Assembly (NCBI GenBank): GCA_020171285.1
Contig: JAIUZI010000004.1
Span: 234,832-258,831, forward strand
DNA length: 24,000 bases
Source: Seohaeicola saemankumensis
GTDB taxonomy: Bacteria > Pseudomonadota > Alphaproteobacteria > Rhodobacterales > Rhodobacteraceae
Direction: 5' to 3'
Shown here: positions 16,137-24,000 of the stretch, one piece after another
Numbering within the stretch: position 1 is the first letter of the stretch
Layout: every line of letters starts with the position of its first letter
Notes under the pieces: model-generated
The model's database searches: none
Told to the model about the DNA's origin: nothing
The model's input: the letters and a program-made list of their open reading frames with translations, nothing else
Position numbers and translations under genes: made by a program

Positions 16137-17684
16137 CTACCCCCGGCCCCGGCGCAGGGCGTTGTGGAACTCGGCCAGCCGGAAGGCGCCGATCAGCTGG
16201 CCGCTGCCGAAAAAGGTGACGATGCCGATGCCCACCAGCCCCGCCAGCGCGAGGTAGCGCAGGCCAGCGGTCGTCAGCGCGCCCTGCAGGAGGAGTGCCG
16301 CCGCCATCAGGGCAGCCCCCATGATCGCGGCGGCCAGGCAGATCCGCCAGATCCGCCGGTGAAACCGCGCGTCGAAACGGGCGACATCGCCAAACTGCCG
16401 CCCCCCCGCCATCAGCAGGCCAACCATCGCCCAGCCGGCCAGCGTGGTGGCCACGGCCGGCGCCAGCCAGCCCAGCACCGGTGTCAGACCGATCGCGGCG
16501 ACCGCGTTGACCACCATGGCGACCAGCGCGTAGCGGAATGGGGTCCTGGTATCCTCGCGGGCAAAAAACAGCGGCTGCAGGATCTTTTGCAGGACAAAGG
16601 CGGGCAGACCCAGCCCATAGATCGCCACCGCCTGCGCGATGGCGGCGCTGTCGGCGGCGGTGGTCTGGCCGCGTTCAAACAGAACCGAGACCAGCGGCAC
16701 CGGGATCACCATCAGCGCCACCGCCGAGGGGATGGTCAGCGCCAGCGACACCTCGCCCGCGCGCGACAGCGCGTTGCGCGCGCCGTCGTCGTCGCGCGCC
16801 GCCAGCCGTCGCGACAGATCCGGCAGCAGCACGACACCGATGGCGATGCCGACCACGCCGAGCGGCAGCTGGTACAGACGGTCGGCGGCATAGAGCCACC
16901 CGACCGCGCGGTCGAAATAGCTGGCGACCTGCTGGCCGACCAGCAGGTTGACCTGCATCACCCCGCCCGCCAGCGCGGCGGGTACCGCGACGGCGACGAG
17001 ATGCTTCATCTCGGGCGTCCAGAGCGGGCGGCGGGGGCGCAGGGCAAACCCGGCCCGCGCGGCGGCGGTCCAGACCAGCGCCAACTGGGCGATGCCAGCC
17101 ACCGGAATGGCCCAGATCAGGGCGCGCGCCACGTCCGCGCCGACCCAATGCGCGATGGTCATCGACGACACCAGCAGCACGTTCAAGAGCACCGGGGCGG
17201 CAGCGGCGGCGGCAAACCGCCCGGTGGCGTTCAGCACACCCGACAGCAGCGCGGCGAGCGAGATGAACAGGATGTAGGGAAAGGCGATCCGGCCGAATTC
17301 CACCGACAGGTCAAACTGCGCCTGCCCGGCAAAGCCGCTGGCCAGCCCAAAGATCAGCCAGGGCATGACCGCCTGCGCCAGAAGGGTCAGCGCGATCAGC
17401 ACGCTGGCCAGCCCGGCAAAGGCGTCTTCGGCAAAACCCTGCGGGTTGTCGCCGGTTTCCAGCCGTTTCGAGAACATCGGCACAAAGGCCATGTTGAACG
17501 CGCCTTCGGCAAAGAAGCGGCGGAACATGTTGGGCAGACGGAAGGCAACGACATAGGCCTCGTACAGCGGTCCGGTGCCCAGCAGCGCCAAGATCATCGC
17601 GTCGCGGACAAAGCCCAGCACGCGGCTGAGCAGGGTCCAGACCCCGACGGTCAGAAAACCGGACATCAGCCGAATGGGTTTCAT
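16137..17684 (-). CDS. murJ: Lipid II flippase MurJ (MviN)
   Basis: 515 aa with an ATG start. Signature N-terminus (LSRVLGFVRDAMILALLGTGPLYEAYVVAFRLPNMFRRFFAEGAFNMAFVPMFS) and about 14 TM segments. Confidence 0.95.
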   Translation of the reverse strand: MKPIRLMSGFLTVGVWTLLSRVLGFVRDAMILALLGTGPLYEAYVVAFRLPNMFRRFFAEGAFNMAFVPMFSKRLETGDNPQGFAEDAFAGLASVLIALTLLAQAVMPWLIFGLASGFAGQAQFDLSVEFGRIAFPYILFISLAALLSGVLNATGRFAAAAAAPVLLNVLLVSSMTIAHWVGADVARALIWAIPVAGIAQLALVWTAAARAGFALRPRRPLWTPEMKHLVAVAVPAALAGGVMQVNLLVGQQVASYFDRAVGWLYAADRLYQLPLGVVGIAIGVVLLPDLSRRLAARDDDGARNALSRAGEVSLALTIPSAVALMVIPVPLVSVLFERGQTTAADSAAIAQAVAIYGLGLPAFVLQKILQPLFFAREDTRTPFRYALVAMVVNAVAAIGLTPVLGWLAPAVATTLAGWAMVGLLMAGGRQFGDVARFDARFHRRIWRICLAAAIMGAALMAAALLLQGALTTAGLRYLALAGLVGIGIVTFFGSGQLIGAFRLAEFHNALRRGRG

Positions 17685-17900
17685 CGTGCCTGCCTGCAGG
17701 GGCCGGGTGGCGCCTGGCTGCCTTTGTCAGTTCTGCTTTGCTTCAGCCTTAACGCTTTCCAGGTCGCGGTGGAAGATAGCGCGTTTTGCGTGCGCCAGGT
17801 TCACGGGCGGCGATCTGGTGCACGCATTGACGATTGCGGCATCCGCGGATTCCGGCGATGAACTGTGTCATGTGCATATGCCCTGAAATCACCTGACCAG

Positions 17901-19547
17901 ATGAGCGAGACCCAACAGGCCCCGGTTCGACGCGTGGCGGATTTTGCCCCGTTGATCACCGCCGCGCAGGGATTTCCGGCCTTCGAGCGGCTCGCCTTCG
18001 AGGCCAGGGAACATCTGTGGATGTCGTTCAGGGTCTTTGACCCGTTCACCCGGCTGCGCAGTTTGACCGAAATTGGCGAAACCTGGCTGGACCTGCTGCG
18101 GCACCGGTTGCGTGCGGGGGTCCGGATACGGGTTCTGCTGACGGATTTCGACCCGATCGCCGCGCCGGACCTGCACGAGGCAAGCGTTCGCTCTGCCACG
18201 GCACTGAATGGCCTGAAGGCCGAGGGCGATATCGAAGTCATGGTGGTGCGCCACGAGGCCCGCGTGGGCAAGGGTATGCGCATGGGGCTGTGGTTGCCGG
18301 TTGTGCGGGAACTGGAAAAGCAGCGCGCGGCGTTGAATGCACTGCCGCCAGAGGCCCGTGCGGAGATTTTCCGGCATCGGCCGGGGGTCTGGCGGTATTT
18401 GCGCCAAGCGGCCGATGGGCGGATTGGCTGGAGAATACCCCGGCTGCCGCGCCTTTACCCGGCCACGTTCCATCAGAAGGTGGCGGTGGCCGACCACAAG
18501 ATCGCGATCATCGGCGGGCTGGATATTGACGAACGGCGCTATGACGACCCGGAACACGATCGCGAAGCGCGCGAAACCTGGCAGGACATCGCGGTGCGGG
18601 TCAGCGGCTGCGTCGCGGGGGATATCTCGGACCACGTCGCGTCCTGCTGGAACCGGAACCGGCTACGTGTGCAGGCATTGGATCGGGAGCAGGCCCGCCA
18701 TGCTCCCCCGCAGGGTAGAGCGCCCGCCGCCCGGAACAGCTCCATAGAGGGGGGCGGGCAATCCGACTGCGAGGCGGTGCCGCAGGGCATCCGGCTGTTG
18801 CGCACCATGTCCGTTCAAAAGCGCCGCGTCGGATTGCGGTTTGCCCCGGCGACCACGGTCAACGAGATCGAACAGGCGCATATCGCGGCCATTAGCGCGG
18901 CGCGACAGGCGATTTATGCCGAGACCCAGTATTTTCGCAGCAAGATCATCGCCGAGGCTCTGGCGCGGGCGGCTTTGAACAACCCGAACCTCAACCTCGT
19001 CATGATCCTGCCTGCGGCACCCGAGGAAATCGCCTTTGAGGATCAGTTGCGGTTGCCCGAGCGGATGGGGGAATACCTGCAGTCCGAATGCCTGAGAACG
19101 ATCATGGAGGCGTTCGGGCCGCGCGCAAGCGTTCTGAGCCCGGTTCGGCGGGTCGAGGGCACGTCCCGGTCCCGCGATCAGCTGCACGGTGCCGAGATCA
19201 TCTATGTGCATTCCAAGGTGCTGATCGTTGATGACAGCCAGTGCATCGTCGGCTCTGCCAATCTGAACGGCCGCAGCATGAAATGGGATACCGAAGCGGC
19301 GGTGGAATGCACCGATCCGCGATCGGTGCGCGATCTGCGCCGGGCGGTCCTGGAACACTGGCTGCCCGAGAACGCCACACCGGCCTTTTTCGATGTCGCG
19401 GACATGGCCGGAACCTGGGGAGATCTTGCGCGGCGCAACGCAAGGCGCGCGCCGGGTCAACGGGCGGGGTTTCTTGTTCCGCATGACCCGACTCCGGGGC
19501 GGGATGCCGGTTTGCCGCTGCCCGGAGTGCCCGACGAGCTGGTTTGA
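17901..19547 (+). CDS. Phospholipase D-like protein with two HKD motifs
   Basis: HKD motif 1 is FHQKVAVADHKIAIIGGLDIDERRYDD and HKD motif 2 is YVHSKVLIVDDSQCIVGSANLNGRSM. No signal peptide. The start is either ATG 17901 (chosen) or GTG 17865, and neither has a clear SD. Confidence 0.85.
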   Translation: MSETQQAPVRRVADFAPLITAAQGFPAFERLAFEAREHLWMSFRVFDPFTRLRSLTEIGETWLDLLRHRLRAGVRIRVLLTDFDPIAAPDLHEASVRSATALNGLKAEGDIEVMVVRHEARVGKGMRMGLWLPVVRELEKQRAALNALPPEARAEIFRHRPGVWRYLRQAADGRIGWRIPRLPRLYPATFHQKVAVADHKIAIIGGLDIDERRYDDPEHDREARETWQDIAVRVSGCVAGDISDHVASCWNRNRLRVQALDREQARHAPPQGRAPAARNSSIEGGGQSDCEAVPQGIRLLRTMSVQKRRVGLRFAPATTVNEIEQAHIAAISAARQAIYAETQYFRSKIIAEALARAALNNPNLNLVMILPAAPEEIAFEDQLRLPERMGEYLQSECLRTIMEAFGPRASVLSPVRRVEGTSRSRDQLHGAEIIYVHSKVLIVDDSQCIVGSANLNGRSMKWDTEAAVECTDPRSVRDLRRAVLEHWLPENATPAFFDVADMAGTWGDLARRNARRAPGQRAGFLVPHDPTPGRDAGLPLPGVPDELV

Positions 19548-19581
19548 CGCGCTGGTGGGGGGGCCGGGGGCCGAGCCGCTG

Positions 19582-22410
19582 TTAGCTGCTCGCCCTTTCG
19601 GCCCCCTCGGCGATGGCCGTGCGCAATTTGGCCTCCAACGCGCGCTGTTTCGACGGCGAGTGGTATTTCAGCCCGAACATGTCCTTGACGTAGAAGGTAT
19701 CGACCACCTGTTCGCCGAAGGTCGCGATCACCGCGTTGGCGATATAGACGTTCGCGTCGGCCAGGGTGCGGGTCAGGTCGTGCAGCAGGCCGGGCCGGTC
19801 GCGGGTGTCGACTTCGATGATCGTGTAGATATCGGAGCCTTCGTTGTCGAAGGTGATATGGGTGGGCCGGTCAAAGGCTTTTTCGCGCTTCTTGATCTTG
19901 TCGCGCGACTTGAACGCCTCGCGGGCAACCACCTGACCCTTGAGCGTCTTGTGGATCATCTGGGTCAGGCGGGGCAGGCGGGCGGCCTCGAAGGGCGCGC
20001 CGTCATGATCCTGGATCCAGAAGGCGTCCGTTACATAGCCGTCCTTGGTGGTATAGCTGCGGGCATCGACGACGTTGGCGCCGACCAGCGCCAGCGCGCC
20101 GGCGATACGGGCAAAGATGCCGGGATGGTCGGCCATGCAGAAACAGGCGCTGGTGGCGTCGCGGTCTTCGTCCGGCTGCAGGCGGATGATGATTTCGCCG
20201 GGATCGCCGCTGGCTTCGATCTCGCGGAGCATTTCGGCGAAATTCACATGCGCGGTGACGTGCAGACCCTGCCAGTAGGGCGGGTAATGGCGGGCGGTTT
20301 CGGCCTTGAGCGCGGCCGGGCTCCAGTCTGGCAGCGCCTCGCGCAGGGCCTTCTTGGCGCCGACGCCACGGTTCTCGCGGTTCAGGTCCTCCATGCCGTT
20401 TTCCAGCGCCCGCCGGGTTTGACGGTACAGGGCGCGGATCAGCACGGCCTTCCAGTTGTTCCAGGTGTTCGGGCCAACGCCCCGGATGTCGCAGACCGTC
20501 AGCACCGTCAGCAGGTCCAGCCGTTTGACGGTCTGCACCGCCTTGGCAAAGTCGCGCACGGTGCGCGGGTCGGCGATGTCGCGTTTCTGGGCCATGTCGG
20601 ACATCAGCAGGTGATAGCGCACCAGCCATTCCACGGTTTCGCTATCGCTCTTGTTCAGCCCCAGGCGCGGCGCGACCTTGCGTGCGATCTGGGCGCCCAG
20701 GATCGAATGATCGACCGGGCGGCCCTTGCCGATGTCATGCAGCAGCAGCGCGACATAGAGCACCTTGCGGTTGAGCCCCTCCATCAGGATGCCGGACGAC
20801 ACCGGCAGGTCTTCGACGAGTTGCCCCTTTTCGATCCTGGCCAATTGCGCGATGCACTGGATGGTGTGTTCGTCCACGGTATAGCTGTGGTACATGTTGA
20901 ATTGCATCATCGCCCGGATCGGCTCGAACTCGGGGAGGAAGGTGGACAGGACGCCCAATTCGTTCATCCGCCGCAGAGCGCGCTCCGGATTGCCGTGCTT
21001 CAGCAGCAGATCGAGAAAGATCCGCCGGGCCTCGGGCGTGTTGCGCATGTCGTCGTCGATCAGGTCGAGGTTCGCGGTGATCAGGCGCATCGCGTCGGGG
21101 TGAATCAGCATGCCGGTGCGCAGGGCTTCTTCAAAGATGCGCAGGATGTTCAGTTTGTCTTCCAGAAAGACCTCGGGGTCTTCGATCCCGATCCGGTTGT
21201 GGATCACGGCATAGCCGTCCTTGACCTTGCGCTTGCGCCGGAAAATGCGTTCCAGCAGCGGCTCGCTCTTGACGTGGTTCGCTTCCAGCTTGGTCAGGAA
21301 GATGCGGGTCAGGTCGCCCACGGCGGTGGCTTCGCGGAAATACTTCTGCATGAAGATTTCGACGCCGCGCCGCCCGGCGCGGTCCTCGTAGCCCATCCGC
21401 TCGGCGACATCGACCTGCAGATCGAAGGTCAGCTGTTCGGTGGGGCGACCGGTGGCCAGGTGCATATGCGCCCGCACCGCCCACAGGAAATCTTCGGCCT
21501 GAACGAAGGTCTTGTATTCCTCTGGCCGGAACACTCCCAACGGGACCAGTTCGGCGGCGGTCTGCACCCCGTGGATGTATTTTGCGATCCAGTACAGAGA
21601 CTGCAGGTCGCGCAGCCCGCCCTTGCCCTCTTTCACATTTGGCTCGACCACGTAGCGCAGGCCCTGTTTCTTGTGCCGGCTTTCGCGTTCGGCCAGCTTG
21701 GCCTCGATGAAATCGCGGCCGCTGTCCGAGAACAGGTCCGACTTGAGCCGCTTGTCGAGTTCTTCCGCCAATGGTTCGTACCCGGCCAGGTAGCGGTGTT
21801 CGAGCAGGGCGGTTCGGATGGTGAAATCTTCGCCACCGAGGCGGATGCAGTCCTTGATGGTGCGGCTGGCATGGCCGACCTTGAGCTTGAGATCCCACAA
21901 TACGTAGAGCATCGATTCGATGACGCTCTCGGCCCAGGCGGTGATCTTGTAGGGTGTGACGAACAGCAGATCGACATCCGAAAACGGCGCCATTTCGCCC
22001 CGGCCATAGCCGCCGACGGCGATCACGGCGATGCGCTCCCCCTGGGTCGGATTGGGCAGCGGGTGCAGAAAGGTCGTGGCCATCTCGAGCGCCGAAATGA
22101 CCAGTCCGTCGGTCAGATAGGTATAAGAGCGTGTCAGCGGACGGGCGGCAAACGGGTTCTTCTCGAACCCGGCCTCGATCGCGGCGCGGCCACGGTTCTT
22201 GGCGGTTCGCAGGATCCGTACCGTGCCGGCGCGCAATTCGGTTGCATCAGATGTCGAGGCGGCAAGGTCCGCCAGTTCACCCTTGATCGCGGCCGCATCG
22301 AAGATGTCGGCCGGATCGCAGATCAGCGGACCGGGCGGTTCTGGGAACAGCGGAAGAGACGTTTTGGGCTCAGAGGCCGGCGCCGGAGAAGCTTGTTGGG
22401 GCAGGGTCAA
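19582..22410 (-). CDS. glnD: Bifunctional [protein-PII] uridylyltransferase / uridylyl-removing enzyme
   Basis: 942 aa. Nucleotidyltransferase motif GGYGRGEMAPFSDVDLLFV, HD domain (LLLHDIGKG) and two C-terminal ACT-like regions. The only available start in the N-terminal region is TTG at 22408-22410, which overlaps the upstream gene by 41 nt. Confidence 0.93.
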   Translation of the reverse strand: MTLPQQASPAPASEPKTSLPLFPEPPGPLICDPADIFDAAAIKGELADLAASTSDATELRAGTVRILRTAKNRGRAAIEAGFEKNPFAARPLTRSYTYLTDGLVISALEMATTFLHPLPNPTQGERIAVIAVGGYGRGEMAPFSDVDLLFVTPYKITAWAESVIESMLYVLWDLKLKVGHASRTIKDCIRLGGEDFTIRTALLEHRYLAGYEPLAEELDKRLKSDLFSDSGRDFIEAKLAERESRHKKQGLRYVVEPNVKEGKGGLRDLQSLYWIAKYIHGVQTAAELVPLGVFRPEEYKTFVQAEDFLWAVRAHMHLATGRPTEQLTFDLQVDVAERMGYEDRAGRRGVEIFMQKYFREATAVGDLTRIFLTKLEANHVKSEPLLERIFRRKRKVKDGYAVIHNRIGIEDPEVFLEDKLNILRIFEEALRTGMLIHPDAMRLITANLDLIDDDMRNTPEARRIFLDLLLKHGNPERALRRMNELGVLSTFLPEFEPIRAMMQFNMYHSYTVDEHTIQCIAQLARIEKGQLVEDLPVSSGILMEGLNRKVLYVALLLHDIGKGRPVDHSILGAQIARKVAPRLGLNKSDSETVEWLVRYHLLMSDMAQKRDIADPRTVRDFAKAVQTVKRLDLLTVLTVCDIRGVGPNTWNNWKAVLIRALYRQTRRALENGMEDLNRENRGVGAKKALREALPDWSPAALKAETARHYPPYWQGLHVTAHVNFAEMLREIEASGDPGEIIIRLQPDEDRDATSACFCMADHPGIFARIAGALALVGANVVDARSYTTKDGYVTDAFWIQDHDGAPFEAARLPRLTQMIHKTLKGQVVAREAFKSRDKIKKREKAFDRPTHITFDNEGSDIYTIIEVDTRDRPGLLHDLTRTLADANVYIANAVIATFGEQVVDTFYVKDMFGLKYHSPSKQRALEAKLRTAIAEGAERASS

Positions 22411-23545
22411 TCACAACCACCTGTTTGTTTTGAATTGTGGCCACGGCCAGTCCCCGCTCATTAGTCCCATCCGCGCGCAAACGGAAGATGCCGCCGACAC
22501 CCTGGAACCCGGCGTTCTGGGTCAGGGCCGCGCCGGTCAGCGCGTCGGCCTTGCCTGCGCCCACCAGCGCGCCGATGGCGGCGATGCCGTCATAGGCCAG
22601 CCCACCGATCGGGTGCGGCGCGCCGCCGTAGGCGGTGGCATAGCGGGACCGGAATTGTGCGGAACGATTCGGATCGGGCAGAGCGAACCAGCCGCCCTGG
22701 ACGCCGGGAAGCTCCAGCGTTTGCGAGGGAATGTCCCACCGGGTCAGCCCGATGTATTGTGTCGTGGCGGGGGAAACCCCGGCTTCGGGCAGAAGCTGGG
22801 TGAACAGCGGCAGCGCACCGGCAGTGGTGGACGTGAGGAAGATCGAATCGGCGCCGGCTGCGTCGACGGCGGATTTGACGCGCGGAACCGCGTCGATCAC
22901 GCCTTGTTGCGAGCGCTCGTAGGCGACGGTCGCGGCGAGCGTGGCGCCAGAGCCACCGACGGCCTGGCGAATGGCTTCAAGCCCAAGCAGGCCGGCCTCG
23001 TCGCTGGAATGAACCGCGACCAGCTTCCCCTTGCCCTGACGGGCGGCATAGCCGGCAAGCCGTTGCGCCGAATTCGTGAAGGTCGGGCCCAGGACAAAGA
23101 CATTGCCGCCCGCGACCTTGGTGTTGTTGGAAAACGCCAGCACGTTGATCTTGCGGTTCAGAACCGCCAGCCCGGCGGCATTCGCGGCCCCGGCATAGAC
23201 CGGACCCAGGATGATCTTGGCGCCTTCGTCCACCGCCTGTGCGGCAACCGCGGCCGCGGTGCCGGCATCGCCGGCGGTGTCATAAACGCGCAGGTCGATC
23301 TGCACGTTCTGCAGGTCGGCCATGGCCAGGCGGGCGGCATTTTCAAGGCTTTGCGCCAGAACCGCATCGCCCGACTGTGCCGAGCCGCGAGGCACCAGCA
23401 AGGCCACCGGAACCGGTTTCGAGGTGTTGATGGTCGGGCCGCCGCCGCCAACGCTGACCGGGTCGCAGGCCGACAGAAGGGCGCTGAACGCCAGCGTCAG
23501 GACAACAAGGGCCGCCTTGCGGGCGGGACGGAAAACGGCAAACAT
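22370..23545 (-). CDS. LpoA/LppC-like lipoprotein (penicillin-binding protein activator family, type-1 periplasmic-binding fold)
   Basis: About 391 aa from the ATG at 23543-23545, with GGGAG 9 nt upstream. Lipobox LLSAC. LppC-like blocks: VALLVPRGS, LRVYDTAGD, IILGPVYAGAANA, VLAFSNN. It lies divergent from rsmI, as yraM(lpoA)/yraL(rsmI) do in E. coli. Confidence 0.75.
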   Translation of the reverse strand: MFAVFRPARKAALVVLTLAFSALLSACDPVSVGGGGPTINTSKPVPVALLVPRGSAQSGDAVLAQSLENAARLAMADLQNVQIDLRVYDTAGDAGTAAAVAAQAVDEGAKIILGPVYAGAANAAGLAVLNRKINVLAFSNNTKVAGGNVFVLGPTFTNSAQRLAGYAARQGKGKLVAVHSSDEAGLLGLEAIRQAVGGSGATLAATVAYERSQQGVIDAVPRVKSAVDAAGADSIFLTSTTAGALPLFTQLLPEAGVSPATTQYIGLTRWDIPSQTLELPGVQGGWFALPDPNRSAQFRSRYATAYGGAPHPIGGLAYDGIAAIGALVGAGKADALTGAALTQNAGFQGVGGIFRLRADGTNERGLAVATIQNKQVVVIDPAPTSFSGAGL

Positions 23546-23638
23546 ATGCAACAACTCCCTGATCCGGCGTTTTCGCCGTGGTTCTGTCAGGCGGGATAAT
23601 AAACGTCAGGGAAGGCGGGTCCAGCGTTGAATCACCAG

Positions 23639-24000
23639 ATGGTCACTTTGTCCGGCGGGCTGTATTTCGTTGCCACCCCGATCGGCACGGCCCGCGATAT
23701 CACTCTTCGGGCGCTGGATATTCTGGCCTCGGCGGATGTGATCGCAGCCGAGGACACCCGCAGTCTGCGGCGGTTGATGGAGATCCACGGTGTGCCCCTG
23801 GGGGGGCGCCGGGTGGTGTCCTACCACGATCATTCGGGGGCCGGATCGCGGGCGCGGCTGCTGGAGGCGCTGAGCGAGGGGAAATCGGTCGCCTATGCCT
23901 CGGAAGCGGGAATGCCGCTGATCGCCGACCCCGGTTATGACCTCAGCCGGGCCGCGTCCGAGGCGGGGTTCATGGTGACGGTGGCGCCGGGGCCTTCGGC
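23639..24000 (+). CDS. rsmI: 16S rRNA (cytidine1402-2'-O)-methyltransferase, N-terminal part; runs off the window end
   Basis: This frame is not in the ORF track because it has no stop in the window. From ATG 23639 it reads MVTLSGGLYFVATPIGTARDITLRALDILASADVIAAEDTRSLRRLMEIHGV...AYASEAGMPLIADPGYDL, the typical RsmI tetrapyrrole-methylase-fold N-terminus. Confidence 0.88.
   Translation, partial: MVTLSGGLYFVATPIGTARDITLRALDILASADVIAAEDTRSLRRLMEIHGVPLGGRRVVSYHDHSGAGSRARLLEALSEGKSVAYASEAGMPLIADPGYDLSRAASEAGFMVTVAPGPS

Noticed and set aside
16011-17861. 616-aa plus-strand ORF opposite murJ
   Set aside because: Same reasoning. It is extremely R/G/Q/D/H-rich with no domain signature, whereas the minus strand encodes a textbook MurJ.
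17901-19547. PLD-like gene as a defence-system nuclease
   Set aside because: Defence-associated PLD nucleases are usually short single-HKD (Nuc-like) proteins with partner genes. This is a long two-HKD protein with lipid-PLD-like motif context and only housekeeping neighbours. I kept it as a synteny curiosity rather than a defence call.
19393-22464. 1023-aa ORF on the plus strand spanning the whole glnD locus
   Set aside because: It is antisense to a gene with unmistakable GlnD motifs (GGYGRGE, HD, ACT). Its translation is low-complexity and rich in R, G, D, H, Q and V, with no recognisable motif. Long stop-free antisense frames are expected in GC-rich DNA.
1-24000. Search for CRISPR arrays, transposases, integrases, toxin-antitoxin pairs, prophage or genomic-island boundaries
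   Set aside because: I found no spaced direct-repeat array, no recombinase-like ORF, no small paired ORFs of TA type, no tRNA or attachment-site-like repeats, and no extended compositional shift. The only AT-rich patch is the 15214-15255 terminator tail.

Overview
Visibly GC-rich, tightly packed chromosomal segment with the gene content of an alphaproteobacterium (Rhodobacteraceae-like; the taxon is inference only). I support 23 protein-coding genes, most on the minus strand. In coordinate order: a 5'-truncated SF1B RecD/Dda-like helicase; a TIGR02186 (Alph_Pro_TM) and TauE/SafE membrane pair; a four-gene BMP-family (nucleoside-type) ABC importer; rimI, tsaB and a NifU-like gene in an overlapping chain; a secreted peptidoglycan-binding protein with a trypsin-like domain, coupled to a universal stress protein; ilvE-type aminotransferase; an Acyl_transf_3 membrane acyltransferase; trpS; a rhomboid-fold protein; a DUF2892 mini-protein; a Crp/Fnr-family regulator; murJ; a two-HKD phospholipase D-like protein; glnD; an LpoA/LppC-like lipoprotein; and the 5' part of rsmI. 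I found no rRNA, tRNA, CRISPR array, transposase, integrase, toxin-antitoxin pair or recognisable defence module. The many long ORFs on the opposite strands look like the usual antisense artefacts of GC-rich DNA. The ORF track writes GTG and TTG starts as M and takes the most upstream start, so I shortened several N-termini using SD-like motifs and signal peptides. I do not see convincing evidence for a new multi-gene system; this reads as core housekeeping DNA. The observations most worth a second look are: (1) a rhomboid-fold protein whose catalytic Ser/His positions appear replaced; (2) a secreted PG-binding protein whose trypsin-like domain also seems to lack the triad; (3) a Crp-family regulator coupled to murJ, followed by a perfect 8-1-8 palindrome upstream of a DUF2892 gene; (4) a PLD-like gene lying in opposite orientation between glnD and murJ. 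All alignments were done by eye against remembered consensus motifs and need computational confirmation.
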